A DNA stretch of 64,000 nucleotides from Macrostomum lignano. Lineage: Eukaryota. Positions 32,551-46,314 of this stretch are shown piece by piece; positions within the stretch are counted from its first letter, which is position 1, and each line of letters starts with the position of its first letter. The notes beneath the pieces were generated by a model. The model ran no database searches. It was not told where the DNA came from and worked only from the letters and a program-made list of their open reading frames with translations. Where the stretch lies: the NCBI GenBank assembly GCA_002269645.1, contig NIVC01001158.1, positions 28,814-92,813 on the forward strand, read 5' to 3'. The position numbers and the translations under genes were made by a program.

Positions 32551-32964
32551 GCCGGCGCCTATACTCCTGAGGGACCCGACTCAATTATTAAATGCTGGAG
32601 TAACCATGACAGAATTGACGCAGCCTAGCAAGGCACGAATAAAAAGGATTAGCCTTACAATCAGTTAATACCATCTCGTGTGTGATGCTTTTAAATTGTT
32701 GACACAATTATTATTAACTAAACGATCATGTTTAACTAAGAGGCTTTGAATAAATCTGAAAGTCAGTAAATTTCACTAATCAGTTAATCGAGGTCGCGCG
32801 GATCCAAAAAACTGTTAATAATTGATTCAATTCTAAAAAAATCTGTTGTCTTAATATTCTTAGTTCTTTTGATAAATAGTTTGTTTTCAAAATCTATTAA
32901 TTGTTAGAAAGCTTTCTATGAAAATTGTATTAATCAGACTATATTCTGAACTAAAGTTTAGACA

Positions 32965-33455
32965 GGCAGGTTCGGTGAAGACTGAAGCTTGGAAAGACAG
33001 GGTTTGTGAAGGCTGAAGCTTGGAAAGACAGACTGAAGATTTGAAAGACAGACTGAAGCTTAAAAAGACAGGATTTGTGAAGACTGAAGCTTTGAAAGAC
33101 AGGATTTGTGAAGACTGAAGCTTTGAAAGACAGACTGAAGATTTGAAAGACAGACTGAAGCTTAAAAAGACAGGATTTGTGAAGACTGAAGCTTTAAAAG
33201 ACAGACTGAATCTTTGAAAGACAGACTGAAGCTTAAAAAGACAGACTGAAGCTTAGAAAGACAGGATTGGTGAAGACTGAAGCTTAGAAAGACAGGTTTG
33301 GTGAAGACTGAAGCTTAGAAAGACAGACTGAAGCTTAGAAAGACAGGATTGGTGAAGACTGAAGCTTAGAAAGACAGGTTTGGTGAAGACTGAAGCTTAG
33401 AAGGACAGACTGAAGCTTAGAAAGACAGGATTGGTGAAGACTGAAGCTTAGAAAG
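32965..33455. repeat. Composite minisatellite (gaagactgaagcttagaaagacag...)
   Basis: Direct reading. Confidence 0.85.
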
Positions 33456-33916
33456 TATTTATTTAATTTTGAAGGCCTGTCGATATTGTTTAAACAATCT
33501 GATACTTGTTATGTCAGTCACACCCTCTTAATCTCTAATTAAAATGCATACAAGTAGTGTTTGATCGCGTGTCATTATTAAATTTTCTAAACTCATTGGA
33601 ACAGAGGTTGTAGACGCTAACTTTGTCTTGGATTTAGCTCGTATGTGTATACCGAATCACTTTATTTTAGGCCTATATACGGCTCGTATCAGTTCTGTAT
33701 ACTTCTGTTCTGTGTACAGAGAATAAGGTTAGTTGATCAAAGCAACTGATGTTAACACGATCTTCCGTGCATCTACAAAAACTGTTTGCGAAATTTGTTA
33801 GTTTAACATTTAGCCCGTCCATGAAGATATAGTACTGTAGCATACCAGCCCTTCACAATGGAGAGAGAGCAGGGTTTTTGCTGTTTTTTACAAATTTTTG
33901 AGTGCCACTGTTTTTG

Positions 33917-34641
33917 GGTTAGGGTTTGGCTAGGGTTTGGTTAGGGTTTGGCTAGGGTTTGGCTAGGGTTTGGTTAGGGTTTGGTTAGGGTTTGGTTAGG
34001 GTTTGGATAGGTTTCGGTTAGGGTTTGGTTAGGGTTCGGTTAGGTTTTGGTTAGGGTTCGGTTAGGGTTTGGTTAGGGTTTGGTTAGGGTTTGGCTAGGG
34101 TTTGGTTAGGGTTTGGTTAGGGTTTGGATAGGGTTCGGTTAGGGTTTGGTTAGGGTTTGGTTAGGGTTTGGTTAGGGTTCGGTTAAGTTTTAGTTAGGGT
34201 TCGGTTAGGGTTTCGTTAGGGCTTCGTTAGGGTTTGGTTAGGGTTTGGCTAGGGTTTGGTTAGGGTTCGGTTAGGGTTTGGTTAGGGTTTGGTTAGGGTT
34301 TGGTTAGGGTTAGGGTTAAGGTTTGGTTAAGGTTTGGTTAGGGTTTGGTTAGGGTTTGGTTAGGGTTTGGTTAGGGTTTGGTTAGGATTTGGTTAGGATT
34401 TAGTTAGAGTTTGGTTAGGGTTTGGTTAGGGTTCGGTTAGGGTTTGGTTAGGGTTTGGTTAGGGTTTGGTTAGGGTTAGGGTTAAGGTTTGGTTAGGGTT
34501 TGGTTAGGGTTTGGTTAGGGTTTGGTTAGGGTTTTGTTAGGATTTGGTTAGGATTTAGTTAGAGTTTGGTTAGGGTTTGGTTAGGGTTTGGTTAGGGTTT
34601 TGTTAGGGTTTGGTTAGGGTTTGGTTAGGGTTTGGTTAGGG
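33917..34641. repeat. Telomere-like 11-bp array (TTAGGGTTTGG)n
   Basis: Each unit contains TTAGGG; there are occasional pure TTAGGGTTAGGG doublets. Confidence 0.9.
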
Positions 34642-35383
34642 TCAAACTGGGCCAGTTAACAGCCGGAGACTCTATAGTTTTTTACTATTAAAGACCCCTT
34701 CAGCTTAGTTTTGAAAGAAATACTTTTTTATATTAATGAATTTTTTTCAAATTTATTGATGAAAAACTGCAATGCAGGCAAAATAAGAATATTCATATTT
34801 TTTCTGGCAAATTTATGGCCTAAAATTTATTATCCTCACTGGGTAAGGTAATATGATTATAACTCATGACAGACGATTCGCCACTATGAAATATGCTCAT
34901 ATCTAAGCTCTAGTTAGTTTTTCTTTTTGCATAAAAGACATGCACGGCGATCCAACATTAGCCTAATAATTGCTTGACCAAATTCAATGAAGTCCTGAGT
35001 TGAACTCAAGCTTGTTTGCGAATGTGCTTTTCAAGGAAAAACAGAGAGGGTTATTATAATAGCTGGCTAATCGAAATTCAGCAGGTAAAAACGGATTAAG
35101 AGAAATTTTTATTTTTAGATGAATTGTCGGCTAATGCATTTCGCTTCCGTACCTGACAGAACCAAAAGGACTGTAGACCTCTGCTGGTGCTAATGCACTC
35201 CCATGAGAGCCAGTTATTTGCACGGGTAGTGCCATGCATTACAGCTGCAAGGAAAATACGACAGGGTCAAAATAAGACTTTGAACAGTTAGAAGAAAGGT
35301 TTGGGGACTTCTGCGTGTCTTCTAAGGGAAGTTGCCAGGATTTTTGAGGGGTACCAGGCCGGGCTTTTGCACCAGAGGCTTCA

Positions 35384-35870
35384 GCACCAGGGGCGCCAGC
35401 ACCAGGGGCGCCAGCACCAGGGGCGCCAGCACCAGGGGCGCCAGCACCAGGGGCGCCAGCACCAGGGGCGCCAGCACCAGGGGCGCCAGCACCAGGGGCG
35501 CCAGCACCAGGGGCGCCAGCACCAGGGGCGCCAGCACCAGGGGCGCCAGCACCAGGGGCGCCAGCACCAGGGGCGCCAGCACCAGGGGCGCCAGCACCAG
35601 GGGCGCCAGCACCAGGGGCGCCAGCACCAGGGGCGCCAGCACCAGGGGCGCCAGCACCAGGGGCGCCAGCACCAGGGGCGCCAGCACCAGGGGCGCCAGC
35701 ACCAGGGGCGCCAGCACCAGGGGCGCCAGCACCAGGGGCGCCAGCACCAGGGGCGCCAGCACCAGGGGCGCCAGCACCAGGGGCGCCAGCACCAGAGGCG
35801 CCAGCACCAGGGCGCTAGCACCAGGGGCTCCAGCAACAGGGGCACCAGCAACAGGGGCGCCAGCAACAGG
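35384..35870. repeat. GC-rich 15-bp minisatellite (accaggggcgccagc), degenerate flanks to ~36125
   Basis: Perfect core of about 27 copies. Confidence 0.95.
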
Positions 35871-37661
35871 CCGTTTAGCATTATGGCCGGGGGCTTTAGC
35901 ACCCAGAGGCTTTAGGTTTAGCACGTAGAGGCTTTAGGTTTAGCACCCAGAGGCTTTAGTTTTAGCACCCAGAGATTTTAGGTTTAGCACCATAGGGGGC
36001 TTTTGGGTAGCACTAGGGGCTTTGGGTTTAGCACCAGGGGCTTTGGGTTTAGCACTAGGGGCTTTGGGTTTAACACCAGGGGCTTTAGCACCTGCAGCTA
36101 GGGGCGCCAGCACCAGGGGCTGAGCCCAGCTTTTCTCCAATCGGCAAGCAATAAAAGTTTAGATTTAAATTGCACCCTTTGCAGCAGCTTTTGACACTCA
36201 ATCAATAACGCAGCTGGTGATGCATGGTGGCGTTTTTAAATAAAAGGGTGCCTTTCAATTAATGTTATGCTCTCCAGTACTTCCTTGTACACGTATAATT
36301 AGAGGATCTAGCTCGATCTTCTCTCCCAAGAAAACTAGTTTTATTTACCAACTGGATGATATTCGAGACCTAAAATATAAACTGCAGTATTCTGAATGAA
36401 TTTACATGTAAAATTAAAGGTAATACTGTGCTGTGCTATTTTATATTCCTTTCTTGGGTTGGTTCCTCTAGCTTGAAATTTGATATTCAGACAGAACACT
36501 TAATTCACCCGCATGATGGAACTTAATTTCCTACAACTGAGTAATGGTATAGTCCATGATCTTTTCATCGGTATTTAAAGCGCCGTGTTGAATTATAAAA
36601 GTTTAAAGTAGATTCTTAAACTTCCAGCTTTTGAAAAATTAGTAGTTTTATCAGGCTTGGAAGTCTAAACTTTGTGAAGCTATTAGTAGGAGCTACATGT
36701 ACATTTAAATACGACACATAGAAATTTACATCTATGATCTATATGATTCCACATCGCTCGCAATTGATAAAATTTTGAGCTTATACTGTCTCATATATTT
36801 AATGAAAAAGCTAACTCTAGTTTGTTCTATTTTAATTTCTACGCAAGTATGCACTTTTGTTAAAGTGAGTCTTAAGGAGCAAAATTAAATGGGTAAAGTT
36901 CCTTCGAAACAATGTAAATAGTATTTTTAGACTTCACTGATTTCACTCTACTCTACTCCATTTCATCCATCACAGTTAATCGATATGAAACTGTCGATAT
37001 AGTAAGCGGTTATCCATATGATATCTAAAAGTATTTGACGATGTATTATTAGCACAATCATTCCCGATCTACCAATAATAGATATGGTGGCCAATACAGT
37101 TAGTGTAAGAGAGACCAAGATGGCCACCAGGATGGAATTCTTGCTCAGAGGAAGGAAAACGCGCGCGCACGTTTTTGGAGCAGCGCGCAAGTGCGCACGC
37201 CAGGGTCGCCAGCTAAAAATAAGAGAACTTGAGCGCACATAACCATGTTGTATACAAATTTTATCAAATTTTAACAATCGAAGTATTTTGTGTACATTTG
37301 CTACTATTTTTGCTTTTCGATTATGCAATTACGAGTAAGGCAACAAAAAAGATAATGACACGTTTTACATTCATAAAAAATATTGCTTTGTATATTTTTG
37401 AGTACATGTATGCAACTGTGTATATTTTTGTTTTAATAATAACTTTTAATTAATTAGAAAAAGAGAAACACCTGCAAAAATGACAATTTTAGTACAGTTA
37501 TGTTTTTAGTATAATATTAGACGTTTAGTATAGTTGGATTTAGTATAGTTGGGTTGATGTATATTGTCGCAAAATTCAAATCGAAATGTTGCGTTTCATG
37601 TACATGTTTAATTAAAATAATGATTTTTCTTTGCCCTTCCTGCAAGTTACATGTAGCTATA

Positions 37662-37912
37662 CAGTGGCAGATCAATTTTTTGGGGGCGGTCTAAGTTTGG
37701 GCGCCAACACGAGTATAAGGGTGCCAATTTAGGGGCTTAAAAATGCATGTAGGGGGCGATAAGATATTAGCTTAGGGCGCAAAAAATGGTGTTTCGGGGC
37801 GAAAAAATCAAGTTTAGGGGGGGGGGGGGCGCAAACTTTGGCTTTTTCTGGGGGTGCACTATGTTCCGTCAAAAGTACTTATTTTAGGGACGCCCCCCCA
37901 AATCCGCCCCTG
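37662..37912. mobile_element. hAT-type MITE nested in the larger transposon
   Basis: Ends CAGTGGCAGAT...AAATCCGCCCCTG, flanked by tagctata / tagctaga (8-bp TSD, one mismatch). Confidence 0.7.
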
Positions 37913-38284
37913 TAGCTAGATGTACATTCAACCCTCTCTGTGCTGCGTCGTCCCATCTTCATTTCTGTCCTTTTCTCTGTGGCCTGCATGCCTAGGTAAA
38001 GTACAAACCCCCCACTCTTGTTTTTCTATCTGCCCCGCACTTCATGTACGCTAGGCATATTATTAGCGTCCCCTCATTCTAAAATTCAAGACAAATATAA
38101 GTTTTGTTGCACTAAGCGTGCTGGTGTGCTTGTCCATTTGTGGTTATTGCCTGGAGAGTTCTGAATTGTTTACGCATTATATAGCGAATGATTTATTGAG
38201 TCAAACATCTTAACAAGTCATTGTACATGCATTGTGGTTCATTTCAACTTGCGTATAAATGCTAGTCAGACGTTACAGTCGGCA

Positions 38285-41244
38285 TTACACGAGGTGGCCC
38301 AACCGTGGTTTAACACAATTTTTTCGGCGCTGAACTGCGCTTCTAAACCCACTATTTAAATATCCGCGGATGGTACGGGGATCGGATGCAAGTGGACATG
38401 CCGCAATCTTTAAATACTTAGACGCGATTTCGTTGACTGAACGTTCGATTAGAGAGCTGATGGGCGGGAGGCACCAATCGATCTTCGTTCGCAACTGCAA
38501 GGCTTTATTTTTTTGCCTTCCCATAATGCGTTGGCTACGCATTACGCCGTAGAAACTTTCAGCAATTGCCTCCCCACCACCTGTGTTCAGTGCAACGTCA
38601 AGAAGAATGCACACAGCTCGACCAGCTTCTTCAAAGACTGGTTGAACTGTGTATAATTGTTTTATAAGTGCTGCCTCATCCAGAATACAGTTGTCATAAC
38701 AGCGTACATCAGTTTCAACTTTAAAAACCTGCTGGAGGCGCGAATTCTCTTCAATTTTTATGGAATTAATGATTTGGCCCTTAATTGGCTTTTTTGACTT
38801 GGAACATACAAGGCACTGTATCCCATACGTAGCAAGGTGACCCCAAAAGAGGGATTCAATAACATTCTTGTACTTTACATGTACGTAGCTATGGTTTCCA
38901 AGTATCAGTTCTGAAAATAATTCGTCTGATTCAGCCACCTCAGAAATATATGGGAGTGAAACCACATAATTAAAAAACGAACAAAACTCTGGCTCACCAG
39001 CCTCCATGAAGCCAGAAAAGTTTATGCACTGCCGAATAGGCTTGGCTGTACCATTGGAAGCAGTTTCACGGGAACCACATAAAAGGTATAGTAGCTGCTC
39101 AAAGTCCATAAACTTGGCTAAGATATTTGAGCATGCTGAGGTTCCCTTATTTAATCGATTAGCCACACTTTGACGGAGAGAGCTGGAAACGACTTCGACC
39201 TCTCTGACTGCATCATTAGTTGTTCTCTCCTCCCAAAGGTATACTTTCTTCTTATTACACCTCCGACGTCTTCCTCGACTACTTTCTGCTTCTTGCCCGA
39301 CATATTCTTCGCCAATTACATGCCAGCCCTCTAGAAGCCGCACCTTCTTAAAGCTCATACCTTCAATGTCAGCTCGGTGCTTGTCATATAATGGACGACA
39401 CTTTCTATCCATCATTTGTAGAAGGCGATTCCCCCATGAAACAATTTTCCAGTGATTGAATTGCAATCCCTGGGCCAGCTCCATCATTTCAACTAGTGGT
39501 TGAAACACATCTAGTAGCAGACACAGATCGGTAGCAAAGTCTGCTCCCAAAACCCTATATTGGAGGGGAAAGTCTTCATCTTCATCGTGAATGCGACGAA
39601 AAGTTGCTGCATACAGACTGTAAGCTCTTTCAATTTTGACCCACTGCTTAACAGATGAGCTTGTAAATCGCTGTGTTGCATATGGTATTGGTACAGACAC
39701 CTTTTCCTTCATTTTGGACGCCACTTTTGACATTAAAGTATGGTTTTTGCCCCTTCCCATTAAATGGTTAAACTCGTTGGCCCTTTCAATAAACAATGTT
39801 AAGCAATCTGCCGCAGGTTTACCGTACTTTGACTCGCGAACATCTAACACCGCTAAATTAAGTAAGTGCGATACATCCCATATTACAGGTTGAAATGTAG
39901 AACTGTCCGCGATATTGCTACGCCCTGACAAGCGGGTTATTTCATTTGCAAACATTGCCGGTTGATACTGGCCATCAGCTGCTGTACCACAATACCGCAA
40001 GAGGTCCTTTTCCCCCAGTTTTAATTCATCTTGAATCGTGCGAAAGATAAGCTGCGCTAGCTCAGCCAGACTCCCCCCAGTAACTACTACGCGATCTAAG
40101 TCCTGACTCGTGCTTGTGTCAGAATCTGATTCATTCGATTCACCAGAATCAGAAACATCACTATTTACTGAAGCACTGGAGTTCTCCTCGCAGACGTCTT
40201 CATTTTGTACAAAATAAACACATGGGGCACCAACTGGGAATGCGACTCTTTCCCCTCGGCTTATAGTTGCAAGCAAGATAGCCTGGTTTGTCTCGCGGGT
40301 CTGTGTCGCTTTATCAACAATTCCCATGAAATGTGGAGGGAGACCTGTAGACTCCAATGGCGTCAAAAGAAGCTTCCGGTTTTCATCATTGATCCATTCG
40401 TTAGCTGCATTAATAATAATTGAAAGCTGTTTTCTTCCGTGCCCCCGATTTCCAATTTGACAGCCATTGAGTTCTAGAAAAGTTACTTGATTTTCATAGT
40501 GTACAGCACCAGCCTTGGATCTAATAGTTTGGATTGCTGAGCGGACTAAGCGTTTAGCAATTTCGTGAGATAGTTTGTCTTCTTCTGCTTGATCCTTTTG
40601 TTTTTTTACAGAGAGCGCATGCTGCCGTCCCTGTGAATTATTTGATGACCCTAAAAGATGCCCTCGCAGTTTGCTCTTGAAATTTCGCCAAAACTGTGTA
40701 TCTTTTTTATTAGAAGTCCCTTTTATAATCAACTCAGTTTCGCTGGGATTCATGTAAACACCTGTGCCCAATGTGCAATTATCACTATAGTGACGAGACA
40801 CTTGAAAAACAGACATTTTACTCAGCTTTCGAGTATCTAAAGCTTCCCAGCATGTTTTACACCTTACTACAGAGTGTCCATCTTCTTCATTCAAAAATAA
40901 TTCTATGTCTGGGACTTCCCGCGCTACGTCTACAATAGAGTTTAGCGTCATCCACTTCTCCAAGTCCAATACAAACTCGCTGTTAGTTACACTTGCGCTG
41001 TGACTTCGATTGGAATTCTCAGATGGCTTACCTAATGTCTCAAAGGCAAAGGCGAGTTTTCTTTCAACTATATCTCCTATCATACTAGGCAGTTTTTTAA
41101 CAAGATCGGAAAATGCATTGGCACAGTCACCAGCACAGGATGGGTTTATTACACCAGAGTTTGTTGGTGGTAGAGTAGTACTTTCTTCGCGATCAGCCTC
41201 AGAACGAGTCTTCTTTGCCTGAGGTGCCTCAGTATCGCTAGAAG
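38285..41244 (-). CDS. DDE transposase (hAT/P-like), uninterrupted last exon of ~985 codons; small upstream exons likely
   Basis: GIVDKAT, AADGQY, WDVSHLLNLAV (DxxH), TQRF and AIAESFYGVM; an AG acceptor at 41245-46 is in frame with ORF 38285-41083. Confidence 0.8.
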
Positions 41245-44200
41245 CTAAAAATTCATTTTTTCTTTTATATTAATGTGTTGCTCATTCTAAAAGCATATTG
41301 TAAAATGTGTAAAAAGCCATAAGAAACACTTTAAATTACATGAAATGGTCTCTCTTTCATCTGGTGCAGCAACAGGGTGAGATCTCTTTGAAGTCCTATG
41401 TGTTTTAGCAGCTTCATGTTCTGAAAGTGAAATAGTTATGAAGTAGTAAATAGAAATGATCAAAAAAACAGATGAAGTTATACTTCTAAAAAAACTTAAG
41501 CCATACCTCTAACAAGCAAGATGGCCTCCTGGGAAGAATTCCTAACCAAATTGCAAGTTTTGGCAGTGTGGAATTTACTCGCAGTGTGCCGATCCTTGTC
41601 TCTCTTTTGAGAGACAGTGTACTTCAACTAAAATATTTCAACTATAATAATCAAACTATTGAAAACAATATATATAAATAATATTTAGAAATAGTGAACC
41701 AAATTTACCTTTCCTTGTAGATAACATTCCTTACATATAAAAATGTTAGGACCTCTATCCTGAAAGGCAAGGCCTAGTGGCTGTGACTGGCCTGAAGACA
41801 TACTAGAACCAGCACCTTTATCTTGGCGCCATAATTCTAAAAAAAGAAATTTGAATAGCAGTTACTTTAATTGAAAAGTTTGAAATATACCATCCTATTT
41901 AAACTATATATTCAATGTTAAATAATCTTAACTAACCAAAGGAAAAAAGCTTGTCCATCCTCTCGATTTACAGAAGGGGTAGTAGTAATAGTGATAGGTG
42001 AATCTGGCCTAGGAATGGATCCAGCACCACTGCTATTGTCAATTGGACTAGCAGTAAAAACAGAAACAGTTGCTCTTTGCAAAAGCAAAGGAGTGCCAGT
42101 AGGACTAGGTTCTGGTGGGGCCTGGATTTCATTTTCAATATCAATTGTGTCTTTGGCAGTTATCATAAGATATGAAATAATGGCAATTGTCCAAATCCCT
42201 GGCACAACAGCAAGGAAAGCCATTATGATATGATGTTGTCTTATTGAATGTTGCAGATGCTAAGATGCAGATCAGTTAAAAAATAATCATGAAATAAAAG
42301 ATTTTATTTCTTATTATTAGTATTAATAAATATTACTATTTTAGTATTATTGAAACAAACAGTGGAACTATATATAAGTTATTTATAAACACTATAGCTT
42401 TTAGTTTTAAAATAGTATTGCAGACTTGCAGTGTAGTATTGAAAAAAAAATACAAAAATAAAAAGTATAAATCAAATGATAAATTCCAAATCATAATGTA
42501 TAAACCTTTGACCTGCCTCATGGCTTATGCTTGACACTGAAAGCTTTTTAATAGCCAATATCTTAATCTTAATTCTTAATGGCCCTATGTGTAGTAGGGC
42601 TGTAGGCTAGTTTAGTTATGAAATCCTATACAAAAACAAAATGTCTAAGTCCAATTAGTCCAAATTATAAGTGTAAATTGTTCGATTCTTTTTATTTTAG
42701 GCACTGCAGTTGCCCTTCAATAAAACTCGAAAACTAAACTCGCTATATTGATTGTTTGCCAATTGCCATCACCGATGGCTGGCAATGCCATTCGCATAGT
42801 CACTTCAAATCTAAAGAAATTGTACGCGTAAAATATTAGTATTTCTTAGAAAAAAAGTTAAGCAAATGGTTTAACGTGAAATTTCAAAACAGTTAATTGT
42901 GCAAAGATTAAAAAAATGAGAAAGTAAATTCATCTTTTCGCATTTGTTAAAGACTGTAGTGACTTTTTCTTAAAATCTCTGAGAAAATGTAGGAAAGAGT
43001 TCAGACAACACGGCCAATTAATAAAGCTGGGAATTTACGGTATATTGAACGAACATAGAATCAAATCCGTATTTAAAATATTAAAAACTTGTTCTTACGA
43101 ATGGTGCATCAAACGTTTCAATTTCCTCAAAAGCAAAAACATAACATTGGGGCGAAAATGGGTCGGATTTTGACGGATCATATACGTACAATTATAAATT
43201 AATATGCATTACATGTATATTTGTATGTGGTATTACATGTACTGTACTTACATGAATGATGTTTTTTTCTCACTCGTCGAAGGGACATCTCTGCAATTTT
43301 TTTTAAAAATGTGCGCACTTATGCACGCAAGGGGTCACAAGCGCGCACGCGCGCGCAAGCGCGCACGCGCGCACAAGTGCGCACATACCTTTCATGAGAG
43401 CGCGCACGTAGGCCCCTTTCAAGCGCGCAAGCGCGCACGAATTTGACAAGCGCGCACAAACGCGTAACGACTTTCGTGCAAGAATTCCATCCTGGGATGG
43501 CCACAACATTGAATCTCTATTATATATATTTGGTATTTGATTTCTCTCTACCAATAATTAGCAACTTAATAGCTATTGTTACAATAATTATTATGCTTAT
43601 TCAATCATATTCATAAATGCTATCTTACTAAAACAATAATATTAGATTTGAAACTAATTACCTATAACATAATACAAAAACTTTATTCTTTTTCTGTTTG
43701 TGCCAATTTATTTCCTATCATTACATCTATAAAATCTATCACTATCAGTTTATCAAGAAACCATTGCTAGTGCCTAGTGGTAACAGTATACAAAAATTGG
43801 GATAAATATGCAACAAGGCTACTTGCTTTATTTAGTATTATATATCTATATAGGTCAGGCTACAATAAAATCTAAAGCCAAATGGAATGGTTATAATGTA
43901 AACTACCCACTCTAATTAATCCTATTACTAATAGGAGATAAGTGAAATATATAGATCTAATTATTTATTTTTATATTTAGAGCTATGGCCCTACACTCTG
44001 GATCATGTAATATATGCCCGAAAATTTAGACCTGCATTGGACTTGCATGCCAAAAGTAGGCATGCACAGTTGGCATTCATCACTGCTAAGAAAATAAACC
44101 TGGCATGCACTTTATTGAATCACACAGAAGAGTTATTGTAAAGAAGAAAAAGGTGAAAAAAGTTTATTTTAAGCATAAATTTCACACTTTCTGGGTTTTA

Positions 44201-46314
44201 AGCTTGTAAAAAGGCATTTAAACAAAGTTTTGTGCATATCATTTTTCCACTATAAATAGTGTCGCCTAAAAAGCAGAAAATTAACCAAATTACAGGTCTG
44301 TTATGCAATGAAAAAAGGTCATTTATTGTTGCAACATTGGTGGAGTTTTAAGAATAGGTATACACTCAATATTTTTGGCATGCATTCATTTGTAACTATT
44401 GATTTTTGTTTAGGTATGCACCCAGCATGATCCAGACTATGGCTATGGCCATCTTGGTATATGGCCATCTTGTTCATGTGCCATAAATACAATTTACTTA
44501 TATACAAGTTATATTATACTGCTAGCTAATACTAGTGCTAGCAGTAGCAATATTAGTGCTAATGCTTAGTTTAGATTCTAAATTGGAAATAGGCCTATCT
44601 TGCATTATTACTACTTATTAAGTTCTAAACTTAGGTCCATGGTAATATAAAAGCCAATCCCTACCCCAAAGGCTAAGCCAAAGCAAGGCATTAAGAATAT
44701 CATATATTAATACAATTATGAATTATGAAAATTTAAGTCTAGGCTACTAGCTATATACATATATCAGTGTTAGTGATCATATTATTTATATAGTTTGGAT
44801 CATATAATGCTTTTAAGCTAAAAGAAAATTTAGCTTTTCTTGTAAACATCATTATGACTTATTTTTCCCATTTATCTATTGTTGTTATACTAAAGAAATA
44901 TTCAAATAGGCATATTCAAAGTTTATATCAACTCTAGGCTCAAGTCCTAAAAAGCACTATAATTAGCTTGCTAGGCTTCATTCTTTAGAACACTTAATTG
45001 TAAGCCTTGTAGCCTTGACTAGCCTTGTTAAACTAAGGCTAGGGCCTAATATAATTAATTTAATATATGATCTAGACTAGATATAAACTAGGCTTATGCC
45101 AACTAGCTAGGCCAAAAACTATTTAGAAGTAGGACATATTAAATCTTTTAAAATATTTAATATTTCAGTTTTTAGACAATTTTTTATAATATAAGATATA
45201 ATTGAAATTTTGATATTTTAGTCTTTATTCATTTTGTAAGAGACCCTACTCCTGAATCAATGATGGTTATAGGGGGGAGGTGCAGAGGGTGCCCTCCCAT
45301 AGAGTTAAATTTAAAAAAAAATTAGATGGAAAATACCCTAGTATACATAGACATAATATACATATATATTTACCTTAATAATCTATGCCCCTATTCAAAA
45401 TTTTCTATAATTTAACCTATCCCAAATCTTATATATTTGCCAGAATTTCAGTATTTCAGTTTAGATGTGAAAAAATAGTTGGCATGCCATAAAGTATCTA
45501 GCATATGGAATAATCTGCCAGAAAATTGTGCCATAGAGCCAGTATATAGCATAGCTATATAGTGTATAGGCCTAGCTTGTGGTGGATTTAGGAAGGGGGC
45601 ATAGAGAGTGGCTGCCTTCTCCTCTTGTGGCTAGCAATGATAGTGCCCCCTTTTCCTTTGCCCATAAAAAGCTCCTCACCACCCTTAGTTTGCTTAGTAT
45701 AGTACCCTTCTAGTTTAATTTGGGGCTATAATATTCTAATGTATATTATAGTGCCCTTACTCAGTAAAAATATGCCTCCCATTTTTTATTTCCAAATCTG
45801 CCTCTATTATTAAACACTTTCTTAGTATAGACCTAGGACCTTTCAATAGAAAAGTATAATCATTATGACTATTGCATTCACAATATACTAAATCTTCAAT
45901 ATAATTATACTAAATTACTAAAAAGATATGAGAATGATTTTTTAGTTTTTTAAAAATCAAACTTAAATAAAGTAAGTTCTTAATTTATGATGCACAATTT
46001 ATTGAACTGTTTTAAGTTTAAGAGTAAGAGAAAGCATAATGGAATTATTTAAATAGTAATTATAAACTAATGAAAACTATAAGACATATGCTAGATATTT
46101 TAGTATAAAATTTCCATTCTTTTTTATCAATACTCAGTTAATATATCTAATAAAATCTCAATATTGCTTCTAGTCAGACTTGTAATATGTTGAAATTTAT
46201 TGGTTTTAAGATTTTCTAGATCAAACTTCAAAAAATATTATCAATGCTATTTTAATGTTATGTCAAATTAGACTAACAATCTCACTTTTGTTTTTCATGA
46301 TAAAATTGCATAAA

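Larger units (their letters stand above)
37127..43495 (-). mobile_element. hAT/P-like DNA transposon, 6369 bp, 18-bp TIRs, 8-bp TSD GATGGCCA
   Basis: CCAGGATGGAATTCTTGC (37127-44) and GCAAGAATTCCATCCTGG (43478-95); GATGGCCA at 37119-26 and 43496-503; subterminal gcgcgcac motifs at both ends. Confidence 0.9.

Noticed and set aside
35301-35928. ~200-aa ORFs in several frames (GRQHQ, LVLAP, WCWRP)
   Set aside because: Products of a 15-bp stop-free minisatellite.
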